Position numbers and translations under genes: made by a program. Below are positions 12,601 through 26,101 of a stretch of 64,000 nucleotides of DNA, in pieces. Position 1 is the first letter of the stretch; each line of letters opens with the position of its first letter. This DNA comes from Oculina patagonica. Lineage: Eukaryota. The notes under the pieces are model-generated. The model had not been told where the DNA came from, ran no database searches, and worked only from the letters and a program-made list of their open reading frames with translations. The stretch is from NCBI RefSeq assembly GCF_052425735.1, contig NC_135759.1, forward strand, positions 43,834,001 through 43,898,000, read 5' to 3'.

Positions 12601-15600
12601 GACAAACCTCCCACATATCGTAGGGTTAGTTTTGTCGATGAGTGAAAATGTGTGGAATGAAATGATGGTATATGCTATGCTTGATTAAGGGCCTCTTTAC
12701 ATGAGAGTTTTCGTCCCGGGATGAATTCATCTCGGTGTCTGATCATTTTCTTGTTGCTGTTTACATGATGATACATGATTTCGTCCCGGGATGAGTTCAT
12801 CCCGGGACGATTTCATCCCGGGATGAAACACCGGGATGAAATGTCATCCCGGGATGAAACGTGACGAAAAACCCCATGTAAACAGTCCTTCCCGGGATGA
12901 AATGTAATGTTATGTAAGCACGGGAGAGATGAATTCAACTCGGGCGGGACGACTTATCCCGGGATGAACACGCTCATTAAAATGAATTTTTTTTCATCCC
13001 GGGACGAAACTCATCTCGGCTCTCATGTAAAGAGGCCCTAAGAAATAAGAAAGATAATAATAAGTCAGTTACACAAGCCACTAGTAAAAAAGGCGGACTT
13101 TAATTTCCCAAAAGCACACCGCACACTGGTTGAACGCTTTACCATACAACTACTGTACACTTGTGGTTCAAATACTGTATGACAAACTTACTACAAACCT
13201 CTAGGATTTGTTTTGTCGATGAGTCAGTAAAGTATACGCTGATTATCCATTTTAACCGTTCTGTATACGTGTAATAATTGACAATGTCTTCTAATAGTTT
13301 GCTATGTATTTAGAAATCGAAAACATTTTTTCTCGTTGAACGAATTTAGGTTAGCGCCAGTTCTTCTGTGAGTTCTTTTCATGAAGAAGACCTCCGCAAA
13401 CAACAACTTGCTGCTCAGCTTTTCACTGGTGTCATGGAGAAACCACGTTCAACTGCAGGCAGAGGTCATTTGACAGCCAACAGGATCTCAAGAAACCCTG
13501 GGAAAACAAAGTCAATTGCTACTGACCCTGTAATGCCATCAGCCAATGATCGATCGCAACCTCTTCAAGGTACAACTTCAAAGAGTGCTGGTAAATCAAA
13601 TATGGACCTTCTGTTAGATCTTGAGAGCAACGAAGTTCGTGATATTGAAGGACACAAAGTTTCCTCCGAGAAGGATATCCTGCTCTCGCCTTTGGACAAC
13701 ACAGTCAACATAATATCGTCACGGGATGATAAAACTTCAGATAACAGCCAGGAGTTGGCTGATTCTGATTCTCGACTGGCGATGAACCTATGTGAGCCTG
13801 ATCAGGACACTCAAAAGGTGTGGCATTTGTTCTTATATGTCGTTCTTTATTTTGCTGTTTTCATGGAAAAGCAAATGCAGCTTATAGTCATCAATGGTAT
13901 TTATTACAATTTGCTCTCCCTTTAAAAATTCACTTAATATCTTCATCTTGGTGTTTAGTCGTGTTTCGTGTATGAACCAAAAAGCTTAGTCATAACTTAC
14001 TCTTGGCCAAAAATGCAAAATCTTTCTTTCTAGGCATAGTTTATCTCTTGTGTAATCAACCTGCATTTTCCTCTCAGGATACACCTTTACTGGACGAAGA
14101 CATTACGGAACAAATTCACCGGTTGGAGCTCACAGGCACACCGTCAGCATCGTTACCAGAAGACTTGGTCAATTTCCCGCATTCTCCAGAAGCTCTTGAA
14201 CTCTGTTTCGATAGTAATCTTCGTGTTACTCTCCAAAAGGTCTGGAAACCTCTCGAACTTGTGCTTGTTCTTTATCTGACCAATCAGAATCAAGCAAATG
14301 CTCCAATCAGTGACGTCATCAGCATGTTAGAGCCACCGTCCAATCTGATTGGTTCGTTTGATTCTTCAACAAGCAATAGACTTCAGGATGATACCATTGG
14401 ACCCCTTGACTGGGTGAGAAAATCATCTCGTTGTTGATTTTTGTTTCCTGTAAAAGTGCTTTTAAAAAAAATTCGGAAACGTTCACATCCTTCTTGTTTT
14501 AACTTGTTTGCTTGAATTTATCTGTTTATTGATGTAAGCGAAAGTTCTCTCTAGATTGCCATGTATATGTTTGTTTGTTTTGTTTGTTTTGTTCGTTTTT
14601 TTATTTGTCTCATGACAATAAAATATCTTGTTAGAGCAGTTTTCAATTGAGTGTCGCCAACCAAAACCAAAGTAATTACCTTGGCCAATCACAAAACACA
14701 TAGACAATCCAGTGAACCACTGAAAACTCGAAGCAATTACATGTAGCCGGCGCGAAGGGCGGGAAAACGTGCGCGAGCGAGTCACGATTGGTTTGGGTTT
14801 TAGTTCTGATTGGTCGAGAATGTGGCGCGAGATTTTTAAACCAATCACTGAGCGTAGTAATACAAAACCAAAGCAAACGCAAATTACTTTCGACACTTAT
14901 GTGAAAACTGCTCTAAAGGAACCTTTGGCAATGATAATTGTATATGTAACACGTTGAACCACATAAGATCAAGATGTAACCTCTCATTACAATATCAAAA
15001 CATAGTCAAGCAGACGTGTATCATACCTAGCGGCTTAAAGGGTTGACCACTTTACTAACACCAAGCTGTTTTCTTCTAGGCGAGGCACCAAATCGTTTTA
15101 AAATACCAAACCCCCGCACTTCACATGAACTTCGGTGGCAAGATTTCGTACAAAGATCCTAACAAGACATTAAAGCATTTGTTTTTTAATCACACTCTGA
15201 GCATCATTGACATTTTACGGCCTCTTGTGATAAACACAGAGGAGTATGGACAGAAATGGACTGAAGCTTCGTTTGAAAAGAAACAGCGAGTACCGAGTTC
15301 ATTGAAAAACTGTCAAGACATTTCCAAGACAGCTGAAGAACGACTACGACTTTACACGGTGGAACAAATAGGTGAGACGTTTAATCCTTGTTGTCACAGT
15401 CATGCATTAAATAAAATAAAATAAAATAAAATAAAATAAAAAAAGGAGTTCCGGATAAACGGGGCTTGAGCTCGTCGTTCTCACACCGAACTGTTTATGA
15501 ACTTCGAAGGCACAGACAACTCACAAGCAATCTACGCCCTTTTTGGAGCTTTTTCACAAAGGAGAATTTTTCGTTAAAAAACATTGAAAACTCCTTGCAA

Positions 15601-16619
15601 ACTGATACTAAAATAAAAACCAGGAATTTCGTGGAATCATTGTAAGGAATCTTACATTAGGAATTCCAAAAATATTTTCACACAATTGCAAAGCTTCACC
15701 CCATATGTTCGTTAGGCACGTGGCACGAGGCAAAAGAGATCAAGGTTAAGTCTGAATCAGGCCAAAGTGCACCATACCACTGGAGTGTATCCGGGATTTT
15801 GTAACGTTGAGGGACAAGCGTAATTCCTGCTCTCTTCACCTTCCCCCCACCCCTAAGCATTGGCGGATTGTGTTCCTAAAAGTGGCATATAATGCTACTA
15901 GCAGTGCTCGAAATTTTGCCAATCTATGCCAAAAGTATGCCAGAATTCCCAAATTATGTTCCTGATTTCCGAAATTTTGCTCACAAAATCAGATGACGTG
16001 GATTCTGTACATAGAGGCGCGCAATAACGACACCAAATAATGATGTTTTTCAAATATACTGTTGTTGTAAATTTATTTGTGTTTTATGGCAGTTTGTCTC
16101 GGCCGTCAGCTGTCAGCGTAGCTAAAACACGCATTGCGTTATTTCTGTAGGAAATACACCATATTTACTAAATTTTATAAATTTATGCTACAAAAAGTGC
16201 TAAAATTTGCTAATTATACCGTGGCAGTACTCGTTTAAAAAAATATATGCTTTTTTGCTTCAATTATGCCAAAATTTATGCTAGCACAATCCGCCACCCA
16301 CCCCTCTCCCCCGCCTTACCCCTGGAATGAGACACTTTCCCTTATATCGGCTTTTAGTAATCTTTATATTCTGTTATGACTACCTAATATAATATTTGTT
16401 TTCAGTATGACTTTTACTTTAGCTTAGCTTCACCACTCAATAACGCAGTGCTATTTATCCTCAGGTACCAAAGTTATATTTGCTGGTACCGTGATGGAGT
16501 GTGGGATATGCCTGTTACACGTCAGCTGTGTTGGTGACGAGTTAGAACTGTCAATCAAGTCGAACAACAGACTTTTAAATGATGCGTTGATGAAACACTG
16601 TGTGTCTGTCTTCAGATAA
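3650..16619 (+). CDS. AP4E1: AP-4 complex subunit epsilon (3' part; 5' exons lie upstream of the window)
   Basis: Phase-consistent exons: 3650-3809, 4407-4573, 5036-5109, 5426-5548, 6797-6912, 7686-7825, 8203-8315, 8892-9004, 9368-9458, 10061-10188, 10597-10683, 10951-11059, 11961-12319, 13350-13817, 14078-14413, 15080-15371, 16465-16619 (TAA). Adaptin motifs IIRKKAVMALH, DYDYHGVAAPWIQMKILRMLALLG, DCLNDPDETLKRKTLDLL, AERYAPDTSWY, WVLGEYS, LPVDGCCEDLEVDESLSFLD, LKFTPYE, VWGPGGY, plus a C-terminal appendage domain. Confidence 0.93.
6254..6755. mobile_element. TTAA-flanked MITE (piggyBac-like ends) rich in TCGAAC/GTTCGA micro-repeats
   Basis: TIR cccggcgtatccaatcgaac / gttcgattggatacgccggg; TTAA at 6250-6253 and 6756-6759. 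Confidence 0.85.
6970..7255 (+). mobile_element. SINE-like interspersed repeat (second copy ~58963-59092)
   Basis: Shared block caaatggttag..attctagtcttctc..ataaggacgataaaccgtaggcc...gacgt.aaagaaccc..acac...aagagtagggca; short-repeat tail atgtatgatgt. Confidence 0.65.
7826..8202 (+). other. U12-type (minor spliceosome) intron with AT-AA termini in AP4E1
   Basis: 5' site ATATCCTTTT at 7826, branch TCCTTGAC at 8185-8192, 3' end ...TTTCAA at 8202. Splicing here gives GAA AGA TAT GCG CCC (AERYAP) in frame. Confidence 0.88.
10240..10522. mobile_element. ~280-bp interspersed repeat/MITE (reverse-orientation copy at 14631-14915)
   Basis: The two copies are reverse complements (aaccaatcgtgactcgctcgcacacgttttcccgc core) with tagagc.gttttca-type ends. 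Confidence 0.75.
11228..11717. mobile_element. MITE with internal taataaacgcc repeats
   Basis: TIR ccgtaaatgatctaataaacgccc / gggcgtttattaggtcatttacgg. Confidence 0.8.
12689..13038. mobile_element. PIF/Harbinger-like MITE
   Basis: TIR gggcctctttacatgagag / ctctcatgtaaagaggccc; 3-bp TSD TAA; interior packed with palindromic tcatcccgggatga units. Confidence 0.88.
14631..14915. mobile_element. ~280-bp interspersed repeat/MITE, same family as 10240-10522
   Basis: Ends ttagagcagttttca ... tgaaaactgctctaa form a TIR. Confidence 0.8.
15862..16295. mobile_element. MITE-like element
   Basis: Short TIR ggcggattgtg / cacaatccgcc, internal aattatgc repeats. Confidence 0.6.
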
Positions 16620-17249
16620 CACATTTTTAACCGACGGTTTCTGTAGAAACGTATACAAGCTCCATTATTATTCCTTGTTCATATCTCGTGCAGTTGTCAC
16701 GAATCAACGCCTTTATTGAACTTCGACTTGAATAGGGCTCCTAAATACGACCACCGTGTGGTTCCTAGATTTAGCAAGAGTCCTTTCGCAGGTCGCTACT
16801 ACGCGTATCATGTATGGGCCAAGCCATCTTCACAAAAATGAAAATGTTTTCAATGTACAGAGAATAAAAGATAAATAATATATTACCAATAGAATAAGGG
16901 TCCCCTAAAACAAACATCAAATCACTTTGATACACCTTGTTGTATCTGTTATTTCCAGTGTTTCTCATAACAAGTCAAGTTACTTTTGAGGTTGCTACTT
17001 TGAGAGACTCGTCGTTACTTTCAGTATTTGCTAACAACCGTGAAATTGTATCGCTGCATTAGGATGGGCGCTACTGTAGGTGGGAGGTTGGGATGGTCGT
17101 TACTTTCTGAAGTTGACCGTTTTGTACCAATTTCTGTAATAAATGTAACAATGAGTTAAAAAAAATGCCTTTTTACGGCGGGGATATAGAAGTAAAACGC
17201 ATTTCCCGTTGGCTAGTATTTAAATTGCAAGTAGTTATAAAAAGGGAAG

Positions 17250-17540
17250 CCACGAGCCATGCGGCCCACACTGCCGGAGGTTATCCCGGTTTCCGTAGCA
17301 TTAAGCGGCTAGGAATATTTCTACTCCCCCCTGAATGAGATGCTAGTACAACGCAGTGTACCCCCCCCCCCCCCCCAGCATTATGTCGCCGGTACCCATT
17401 TACACACCTGGGTGAAGAGAGGCACTATGAGAGTAAAGTGTCTTGCCCAAGAACACAACACAGAGACCCCTGCCGGTGCTCGAACTCGGACCACTCGATC
17501 CGGGGTCCGGCGCACTTACCATTAGGCCACCGCGCCTCCC
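17250..17540 (-). mobile_element. tRNA-derived SINE
   Basis: Minus strand begins gggaggcgcggtggcctaatggt (A box) ... gagttcgagc (B box), then the body gggcaagacactt...cacccaggtgtgtaaatgggtaccggcga. Confidence 0.85.
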
Positions 17541-18158
17541 AAAGCTTCTTACGTAGATGTATTAAAATAAACTCAAGATTACGTTTGTTAAATTGAGCAC
17601 ACACTAACATAAATATCATGGAATGTAATTTAGTACGCCAATACTGCGCACACTCAGCACCCCTACACCGCACTTCTAAGTTGTTTCACAAAGGCAGTTT
17701 CCCCCTCCCCCAGCCCCCTGGCTAGTCCTTATAGGTAGTTAATTATCAGCTAGAAGATAAGCCACTTATACAGATGTATTAAAATAAACTCTAGGTTACG
17801 TTTGTAAAAGTTCTGACTTGTTGATGAGGGCTGAGAAATTTTTAAATCAAATCTCGGTAGGATATGGATTAAAGATAAGATGACATTAATGTTACCACTC
17901 TCTTCTTTGAGGAAAGGGAAACAGGAACCGTGTCACTAGTTTACTTCTCAGTTTGAAGCTAGATACATTTTCACTTTATTTTGCAAACCTTTAATGAGAC
18001 TTTTTATTTCAATGCATGTTGTAAATCGTTTTTTCTTTTACAACAATTTGGTGAAAGCTAACTACACAAATTTAACATTGTAACAGTTAGTTTATTCGCG
18101 AAACCTGCTTAAAAATTTTTCTGTAGTTTTACTAGCTGGTATGTTATCGAGAATCTGA

Positions 18159-18616
18159 GGCCCCATTTATGTGGTCTCGGGTACTCAAAACAACCCTCCC
18201 CCAAGTAGCCCTGGCCGAGCTAACTTTTCACTTTTTACTTTAAAACTTTTAACCACGGGGGTACGAAACAACTCGGGCGGGCGAGTTGTCTCGCCTCGGC
18301 GGGAAGGGTAACCATGGCGGGCGGGACAACGTTTTCTCAATAAACACTACGGCGTGCTGAATGTAACGTAATGCCCGGATTGTAGGTTTCAAAGCACACG
18401 CACAAACAACTTTTAGCTCAGAAAAGCACAAAGGCATCGTATGAACGAAAGAAACACAAAGGAAGAAGGATAATTGAGGATTTGAATATTTAATAGACGT
18501 TATATAATTATTATAACAAGATCAACACTGGCGGCAACTTTTTCTCATACAAACGCTCGATAAAGTTGTCTCGAGAGAGGGTTATATTGGGCACCCGAGG
18601 CCATATTAATGGGGCC
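18159..18616. mobile_element. PIF/Harbinger-like MITE
   Basis: TIR ggccccattt / aatggggcc; TSD TGA; empty site tcgagaatctgac in the paralogous flank at ~25995-26007. Confidence 0.88.
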
Positions 18617-18660
18617 TGACCGTGACTCCGTCAAAATACAGTAATATAAACAGTTATAGG

Positions 18661-21600
18661 TTACATGTAAAAACACTCATTATCGTCAACATAATATGTA
18701 ACTGGTCTGATCTTCATCTCACTTCGTTTCAGGGAGTAGGTATGTCCCTTCCAGTGATACCAGTTGACACCATCAGCGAACGATGAATGCTGTCCGCCAT
18801 GATGATACAGACCGTTCAGGTTGGACTGATGACAGGCAGTGTACCACCAGGCTCCTTTAAAAGTCACAGCACAGTTATTGTTCCAGGCGTCGTTGTCCTG
18901 ATCTTTGGTCGTAAAGGGGTGGCCATTGTGCAAGGTAAGAGAATCACCAGCGGATCCTAAAGGGAAAGCAAAATTTGGATGAATAGAAGAAATGGAGGGA
19001 TTTAACTTCACTTAAGGTTACTGATAACCTTTTCGGGTGCCCTTTGGAAAATGTTTCGAGTTTGAACGCTCGCGCACGTTAAACGAAACCATATTTTTTT
19101 TTAAAATGTAAATATATTTGGACTCTATATTTCATTACCTTTCCAGAGATTATAGTCAGCCGTGGTTTAACCGAAAATGACGCGCGTACGAAACACTTTC
19201 CAAAAGGCACCCAAAAAGGTTATCAGTAACCTTAACTTAACTCAACTCAACTCAACTCAACTCAATTCAACTTAACGTAACTTAACGAGAATTTTGGAAG
19301 TTCTATTGGTAATATTTCCCCGCCAAAACAGGTCATAAAGGACTGAGGTGTGAACTACACCGGCATCAAGGAAAAATTGTTATCTCGACACGAAATTCTG
19401 TCACGGAGATAGCAACACACCCTTCCTTATCAGCGTCTACGACAAGAGAAATGACTTCGCATTTCAGATTGTGAATTTTCCACATATAGACAGCAACATT
19501 CCAGCCAACCCGGCCTATGGTGTTTCTATATCTCAATTGGCGAGATATGCCAGGATTTGTACATCGACGTTGGACTCCATACGCCGACTCCGAAGTTTTT
19601 CTTCACGTCTTCTTCAGCAAGGCTTCAAATCCACGTCGCTTCCTATAAATCGTTTAATAAATTCTTCAAACGCCACGCATCTTTGGGACAGCCCTAACTC
19701 GAAAAACCCCGAAAATAGCCAACATTTAGCTAGGTATTTCCTNNNNNNNNNNNNNNNNNNNNNNNNNNNNNNNNNNNNNNNNNNNNNNNNNNNNNNNNNN
19801 NNNNNNNNNNNNNNNNNNNNNNNNNNNNNNNNNNNNNNNNNNNNNNNNNNNNNNNNNNNNNNNNNNNNNNNNNNNNNNNNNNNNNNNNNNNNNNNNNNNN
19901 NNATGTGTCTGAGCTTTAAAAACAATACGGTACTTATTTACAGTGCTTGCTTATGTTAATTCTTTATCAGCTAAAATTCCTGTCCTTTCAAACATTACAT
20001 TATTTACAGATGCAAAAGCTATACATTTAAGGAGAATAAGTAGACAAAACAGAAAAAGCGAGGTAAACAAAAAAACTTCGTGACGAGTACAAAGACTAAT
20101 TACGGACAAAAGGAAGCAGAAAGATAATAATAAAATAAAATAAATAGATAAAATAAAGTGCCTTACAAAATTTCACCTAAAAAAAAGCCTTAGAGTTGAA
20201 TTTGAGACTTTGAGCTGCTTTTTTCGATAGATATTTTATCTTTTAGAAGGGCTAGAAAGGTTTCGAAGTGGTAGTGTTGTTCATCTCTCGAGGCAGTGTA
20301 GATATAATATTTAGCAATGAGTACACAGAGGTTTAAGCCAAGTCGTAAAGGAAAGTTAGTTGTAAAACCATAGATAATGTTTTTCTCGTGTAGCTCAATG
20401 GAATCGTCATTTTTGACGTTCCACCACGTAGCAAACGTATTCCAGAAAGTCTGTACATTCGGACAAGCAACATATTTTCTACCATTGACGCTAATTATTA
20501 AAGTCGTTGCTGACCGAGAAAAAAAAAACTAATAAACTAAACTATTTTAAAATCGTATACCTGAATATGATCCAAGACTCAAACTGTATTTAGATGCCTC
20601 ATCTGCGACTGCAAACGAGTCGTACTCGGCATATTTTGTACCTCCTTGCCAATCTTCTAGATCCACACGAAGATTATTAGTGTCACTGCTGGTCAGACGG
20701 TGTATCTTATCAAGTCCCAGCCAAAATTCTCCACTCAGGTCACCGAAGCCATTTTTGTAGTCAGCCCAGCCGCGGTAGAAATCAACAGAGCCGTTCATTC
20801 TCTTCTGGAACACTGTCCACCCCCCACCTTCTGTTGTTTGGTCACAGAACACATCAAAGGCACCTGAACCATCAGGGTCGATTGCATAAACACCGCTGGT
20901 TGTTTTACCAGAATTGTACAGCTCAGCACAGCTCTTCAAAGGAGCTGGAAGGGAGAGTTAAATAAAGAGGGAGAGTTAAGTAAAAGATTTGGTACTACTA
21001 AAGGCTTCAAAGTACGTACAGGAGGAAGTCTTGGACTGTCTACAAGTTGCCTAAAATTTCTCAAAAAGTTGCTCGATAAAAAAAAAAAAAATTCAAAATT
21101 TGCTTTTTAAAAAGTTGTTTTTTAAAACATTGCTTTTGATTAAAAATTTCTATCCAAATGTATGCTAATTTCCCACTGAAGGCAAGATTTTCATGCAATT
21201 TCATTGCAACAGTAGTACTATATAAATGACATCTTAAAATGTGCTTAAGCCGAAAATTTCTTGAATTGAAAAGTCTTTCGTTCACTAAGAAATATCGTGA
21301 AGATATTGCTGACGATATGCTTGCTGACGAGTTTGTAAACCGAACTGAGTTGAAACCTCTTCAAAAACTTCGGAAGTCTCAGCAAAATGATGGCATATTT
21401 TGAAAGAACAATCTGTTTCGCTGAATAATGTCACGGGGTTCGGACCGAGATTGAACTAACATTAAAGACGTGCATGGCCAAACAAATGCGTTCTAATAAA
21501 CAACTTATTTATAACCTCGAACGTTCGGTCTTTACTGGAAAATCTCAAACTTCGATTCGGCGTTTCTAAATTAACCTCGTTATCGCTCGTTACAGCAAGG

Positions 21601-21817
21601 CCAAAGTTTGAGATCTTCCCGTAAAGACCTCACTCTCATTGAATTACAAGTTAGTAAAAAAGAACTTACTGTCACAGTTGCAGTTTTCCAGAGCAGCCAT
21701 AGCGTCCTGTATCTGTTTGATTAGTCCGTCCTCATCACACGACGAGAAACTGAGATTGACTTCCTCCATGAAAGCAAACAGCACAAGAAAAGTGAAAATC
21801 CACTTGAGGGCCACCAT
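18661..21817 (-). CDS. FReD lectin copy 1 (signal peptide + Cys neck + fibrinogen C-terminal domain; tachylectin-5/FIBCD1/ryncolin-like)
   Basis: Exons 21817-21670, 20944-20561, 18956-18661 with GT-AG and matching phases. [19 protein letters not shown]...ENCNCD; [52 protein letters not shown]; [32 protein letters not shown]. Confidence 0.92.
19016..19231. mobile_element. TTAA-flanked MITE (Kolobok-like GG..CC ends)
   Basis: TIR ggttactgataacctttt.gggtgcc / ggcacccaaaaaggttatcagtaacc; TTAA on both sides. Confidence 0.85.
19390..19680 (+). mobile_element. Penelope-like element reverse transcriptase fragment
   Basis: Translates [43 protein letters not shown], the characteristic PLE RT C-terminal motif. 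Confidence 0.8.
19743..19902. other. Assembly gap (N run)
   Basis: Run of n characters. Confidence 1.
19910..20475 (-). mobile_element. 5'-truncated L1/Tx1-like LINE 3' end
   Basis: Minus-strand translation [16 protein letters not shown]...IIYG...[13 protein letters not shown]...LKDKISIEK resembles a Tx1/L1 ORF2 C-terminus, followed by a T-rich 3' UTR. Confidence 0.7.
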
Positions 21818-23047
21818 GTCTGAAAACTAATGATAGCAAAACAAATACAGTAAAAACCCGCGAGTAAGAACCTAATTTTCATTTTGATAACAACGTACGA
21901 AGCGCAGCGCGCTGTGATTGGTTTTGCAGTGGTTTTGTATAGGGAAATGTTATGACTAATCATTGCATTTTTTCAATAATGTCATAATTATAATGGAAAG
22001 CGGTTACTTTAATTTCACATAACCGATGCAAGATCACGAGAAGTTTTATTTGGGAGAATTTAAATGTCCCAGCCACTGGCTTGGGCTTACATGAACTTTT
22101 AAGTTCTGCCAAACGTCCTCTCGTGTTTTATCACACTTAGTAAACGGGCAAGCTATTTTTTTTTTTTTAAAAAAAGATTGTTACAATATGGACTTCAGGC
22201 AAGGATAAAATAATGGCAAGGGTAACGTTCAATTTTGGCAAGGCAAGGATGAGTTGTGTTGTGTGAGCTGTTTAGGGCTGCTTTGCCTTCAAGGGACAAT
22301 GTCACGGATTTTAGCTAAATTAGGCATGGGGAATGACCATAAAATTCCTTGAGATATAAATAACCCCTTAAAACAGTGAAGGAACATTTCAATAACAAAC
22401 CAAATACAAAAGAAGGTACTGATGACCAAAAGCGATGAAGATTGAAACGGGTTGCGTTATGGGTTTTCGGAAATATTGTTGGGCTGAACAGTTTTCAAAC
22501 TTAATTGCAGTGTAATATAATTATAACGCCTGGGAGACACATTTGGTCGAAACGAAGCTCTGGTTTTGTCATTTACATCCACAGAAGTAATTTCGTTGCA
22601 AACATTAAGAGCCAACTTAAAGACCTACTTAAGAAATCCAAAAATAAAGTCGTTCAGGTTTGGTGCACGAAATGCTTTTTTTATAAGACAACTGATATAA
22701 ACATTTAGTAGAAACTCAGCTGTGTTCTATTGGAAATCCGCGAATCTGATTGGTTCTCCCACTGTTTTCTATTCGCCGTTAGCATAACCACACTGACCTA
22801 CTATTGGTAATCGCGCAATCTGATTGGCTACACAGGTGCTTACTATCGATCCGTAGAAGGCTCTCGGAGCGCGCGTTTAGTCTTCGTTGAATTTTATCAA
22901 TCAAAACCTTCATTAAATCAATTCTAGCGATATTCTGAGTTTAATAGATCGGTCAGTGGGTTATGCTAACACAATTAGACGGCTCGCTCTCGGTTTCTAC
23001 CGACTATCAGCCGGTAGAAACCTCGAGCTTGCCGTCTAACTGTTAAA

Positions 23048-23083
<36 letters not shown>

Positions 23084-24036
23084 AAAAGCCTAAAAGCGAA
23101 GCCTCCCAAATCTTTTCATAGTATACAATATTTTCATTCTGGAAAGAAATAACAAGAATATAAAAAGAACAGTGGCCTATAGGTGCAAGATAAACATCGT
23201 ACGGCACAGCAAAATATGCTATATACAAAACAAATTTTCTTGAAGCAGAACAAAATAAACTTAGAGCAAAACCTATCAAATCATGCGAGCGGAAGAGTAT
23301 CAACTTACGGCTAAAGAAAATCAACTCACGGTAAAAGAAGATCGACTCACGGCAAACCAAAATCAACAACAGCAACTCTCGCTTTGAGAGGTATCACCAA
23401 ATAAATATTTTCCCATGAGCAGTATGTCACAGATTATCCCCGAAGTGGCCTGTAGACTGAGGGTTGTTAGATGAATTACAGTGCTCACATTTCCGCACCT
23501 AAAAAAATCAACTTTTCTTTTGCATAGCGCTCATCAAATTTACATTTACCTTTGAATATTTACACTGATTCAATGCTTAAAAGAAATCATATTTAAGGTT
23601 GAAACTGCTCTTAGTTTTTCGAGACTCCAATACGATAATGAAATTACAGTTTACACGGCTGGTTGTGGGAGGAAAGGCATATCAGCGGTACTTGGTTTTC
23701 ATGCAAGTCCTCTATCCAGATTAAACTGGAATTTGCAATTTTAATATTATTAGCTTTTTTTCACACTAGAAAAACACCGTATTAACAATAAGTTTTACTC
23801 AAACATGAATCCCGGCTGGAATTATACCAGGCTTCATTGATAAGAAGGTAATGCACTTCTAGAGCCCGTTAAATAAAGTATCAAATGATTAAAACCGTTT
23901 TTACATTTTACAAAGCCTTTTAAAAGAGTAAGTTTTTTTGATGCATCACATTTTGCTGAGAAAGTAAGGGAATAAAAAGGAAAATACAATTTATAAAGGA
24001 TAATATACAATAACTAACCAAAAAATACAACCTTAC

Positions 24037-24390
24037 CTAAATATCTTATCTTTATCCTGAATGAATAATCTGGGTGTCTGCAAAGACTGCGAGCTAGCTT
24101 TAACGAAGGAAACACAATATCATTCTTAACAAAACATGTGAGACCGCCAACACCTGATGCAGTGTTCAGTGTTGACTTTGTAATTAACAGTGACGTTTTA
24201 ATAAGCGTTATGTTATAATTACTTTCCAACGAACACTTGCATGCGCAAGTTAATGACTGGCATAGATTACGAACCTCGAGCATAACTTTCCTCGCGTCTC
24301 AAACCTTGTTTTCAAGAAAGCTTTATACAGCTGTGATAACAACCATCAATCAATGGCTGTTAGGCGATCTTTTATATTCACAAACAGTCA
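24037..24390 (-). promoter_or_regulatory. Putative non-coding first exon and promoter of FReD copy 1 (paralogous block 30469-30890 for copy 2)
   Basis: Conserved non-coding block between copies 1 and 2 ending at a donor (GTAAGG / GTAATG); an acceptor ttttcag sits 2 nt before each ATG. Confidence 0.55.
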
Positions 24391-26101
24391 CGACAAATTG
24401 AGATAATAAAAAAAATAATAATATAAAATATTTAATGAGGAGGCCTCCAATTTCTATAAGTGGTTTTCAGGAGGGTCCTCAAACATAAAAAAAAAATTGA
24501 CTAATAAAAATTAAAAATTTAAAAGCGAACTCGGCAATCTTAAATGCTAAAAATGATAAAAACTGTTAAAATGATTAAAAAACTAAAATATTTATAATTA
24601 AAACCTAGAGACAGCTCTAAGTAAGTAATTATAGAACTAGAGACAGCTGCAAGTAAATAAGAAATAGTAAATAGGTAAATAAGTAATAGTTTTCTAGACA
24701 CTATTGTAACTCTGTTTTATGTGTGCTTACGAAACTTTTTACCACTGTTAGCTGGAGAAAAATCCATTGGTTTCAATTAAATTCCTCTGCAGAGTAGCAC
24801 AAACATTGATTCGTGTCAAGAAGATGTATAGGTGTGAATAAAGCACATTAACTGAGCATTACAAAGTACTTTAAGTATAACGGCGCGTATATAAGACTGA
24901 AGTGACGTAATGTTATTTGTATTAAGTAATGTTATTCTAACTTATTCTCATTTCGTTTTATATAGTCATTTAGTTTTTATGATCGACTGTAGTAAATGCA
25001 TGGCCAGAAGAATTTGCCCGATCTTACTGTTAACCTACGATCGAGTATTTGGCATTGACTTAATAAAATTATTAAAAAAAGATACTAATAAGTTTGAGGC
25101 CATATCAATAAATTGTTTCTTTTTTTTCCATCGCCCTCTCTCTCTCGTGAAAGTGGGTCGGTCGGCCGGCAAAAAAGGAAAAAAACGAAAGTAGATAGGA
25201 GGGAATAGGGAGGCCTGGCTGATTAGTAAGAAAACCTGGTAACACAGGCACAAAGTTACAAAGTGAAATTGACTAGTCCCAGCGGAGCGCAGAAAGTCCG
25301 AACTTTTCTTTAGCCGTGCCGGGAAATACTCAATAAAGCTGTTGCTAAGAAAGCGTAATCCAAAACTTTTTCTCGGAAAGGTTTTAATATCAATGCATTT
25401 GCGCGTGTAGAATGCGAACAGAGGCGGATTTTGCGCTTGATGTTTCACGTCGCCGAGATATCAGTTTTTGTTTTCAACCGAAATTCTCAAATGATGTTTT
25501 TTACGTCACTGAGAAATATCGGCGGCGTGGAATATTAAGCGAAAATTTTTCAGAGTTTACATTCAACAACCAGAAAAAATGGTAAATCGTCTTCAATCAT
25601 TAGAACTCTTTTAATTAGTAGGATTCGCAAAACCTCAATTTGGCCAGACCGGTAGCCGTTATCTTCGTTTTACCTTTTCCTTTAGATGACATTAAAATGA
25701 CGTTAAGGCTGCCACTCTCTTTTTTCAGTTAGGAAAGGAAGAAGGAAAACATGTACATGTATGTTACAACTTTACTTCCCAGTTGGGAGTTGGAGACATT
25801 TTCACTTTATTACACAAACCTTTAACGAGAATCCGTTTATTTCAATGCATGTTGTAAATCGTTTTTTCACAGATGTAGAGTTTTCGTCTACAATAATTAG
25901 TTGCAAGCTAACTACACTTCAGACATGTCACAAGTAATTTAAATACAGGAACTGCGTATTATTGTTATGTATTTTTAACTAACTGGTATCTTGTCGAGAA
26001 TCTGACTGAAGCTAAAGAAGTGAACCAGTTCAGTACTGGTTTACATGTAAACATAGACACTGGATCCTCAGGTGCAAGCCAAAACGATCAGCAATGCAGT
26101 T

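Noticed and set aside
14483-14957. ORFs of 62-137 aa over the intronic repeat (also 10240-10443)
   Set aside because: Chance ORFs in a multi-copy non-coding MITE.
17460-17540. tRNA-like sequences here and at 60351
   Set aside because: They have A and B boxes but no full cloverleaf and continue into SINE bodies, so they are not tRNA genes.
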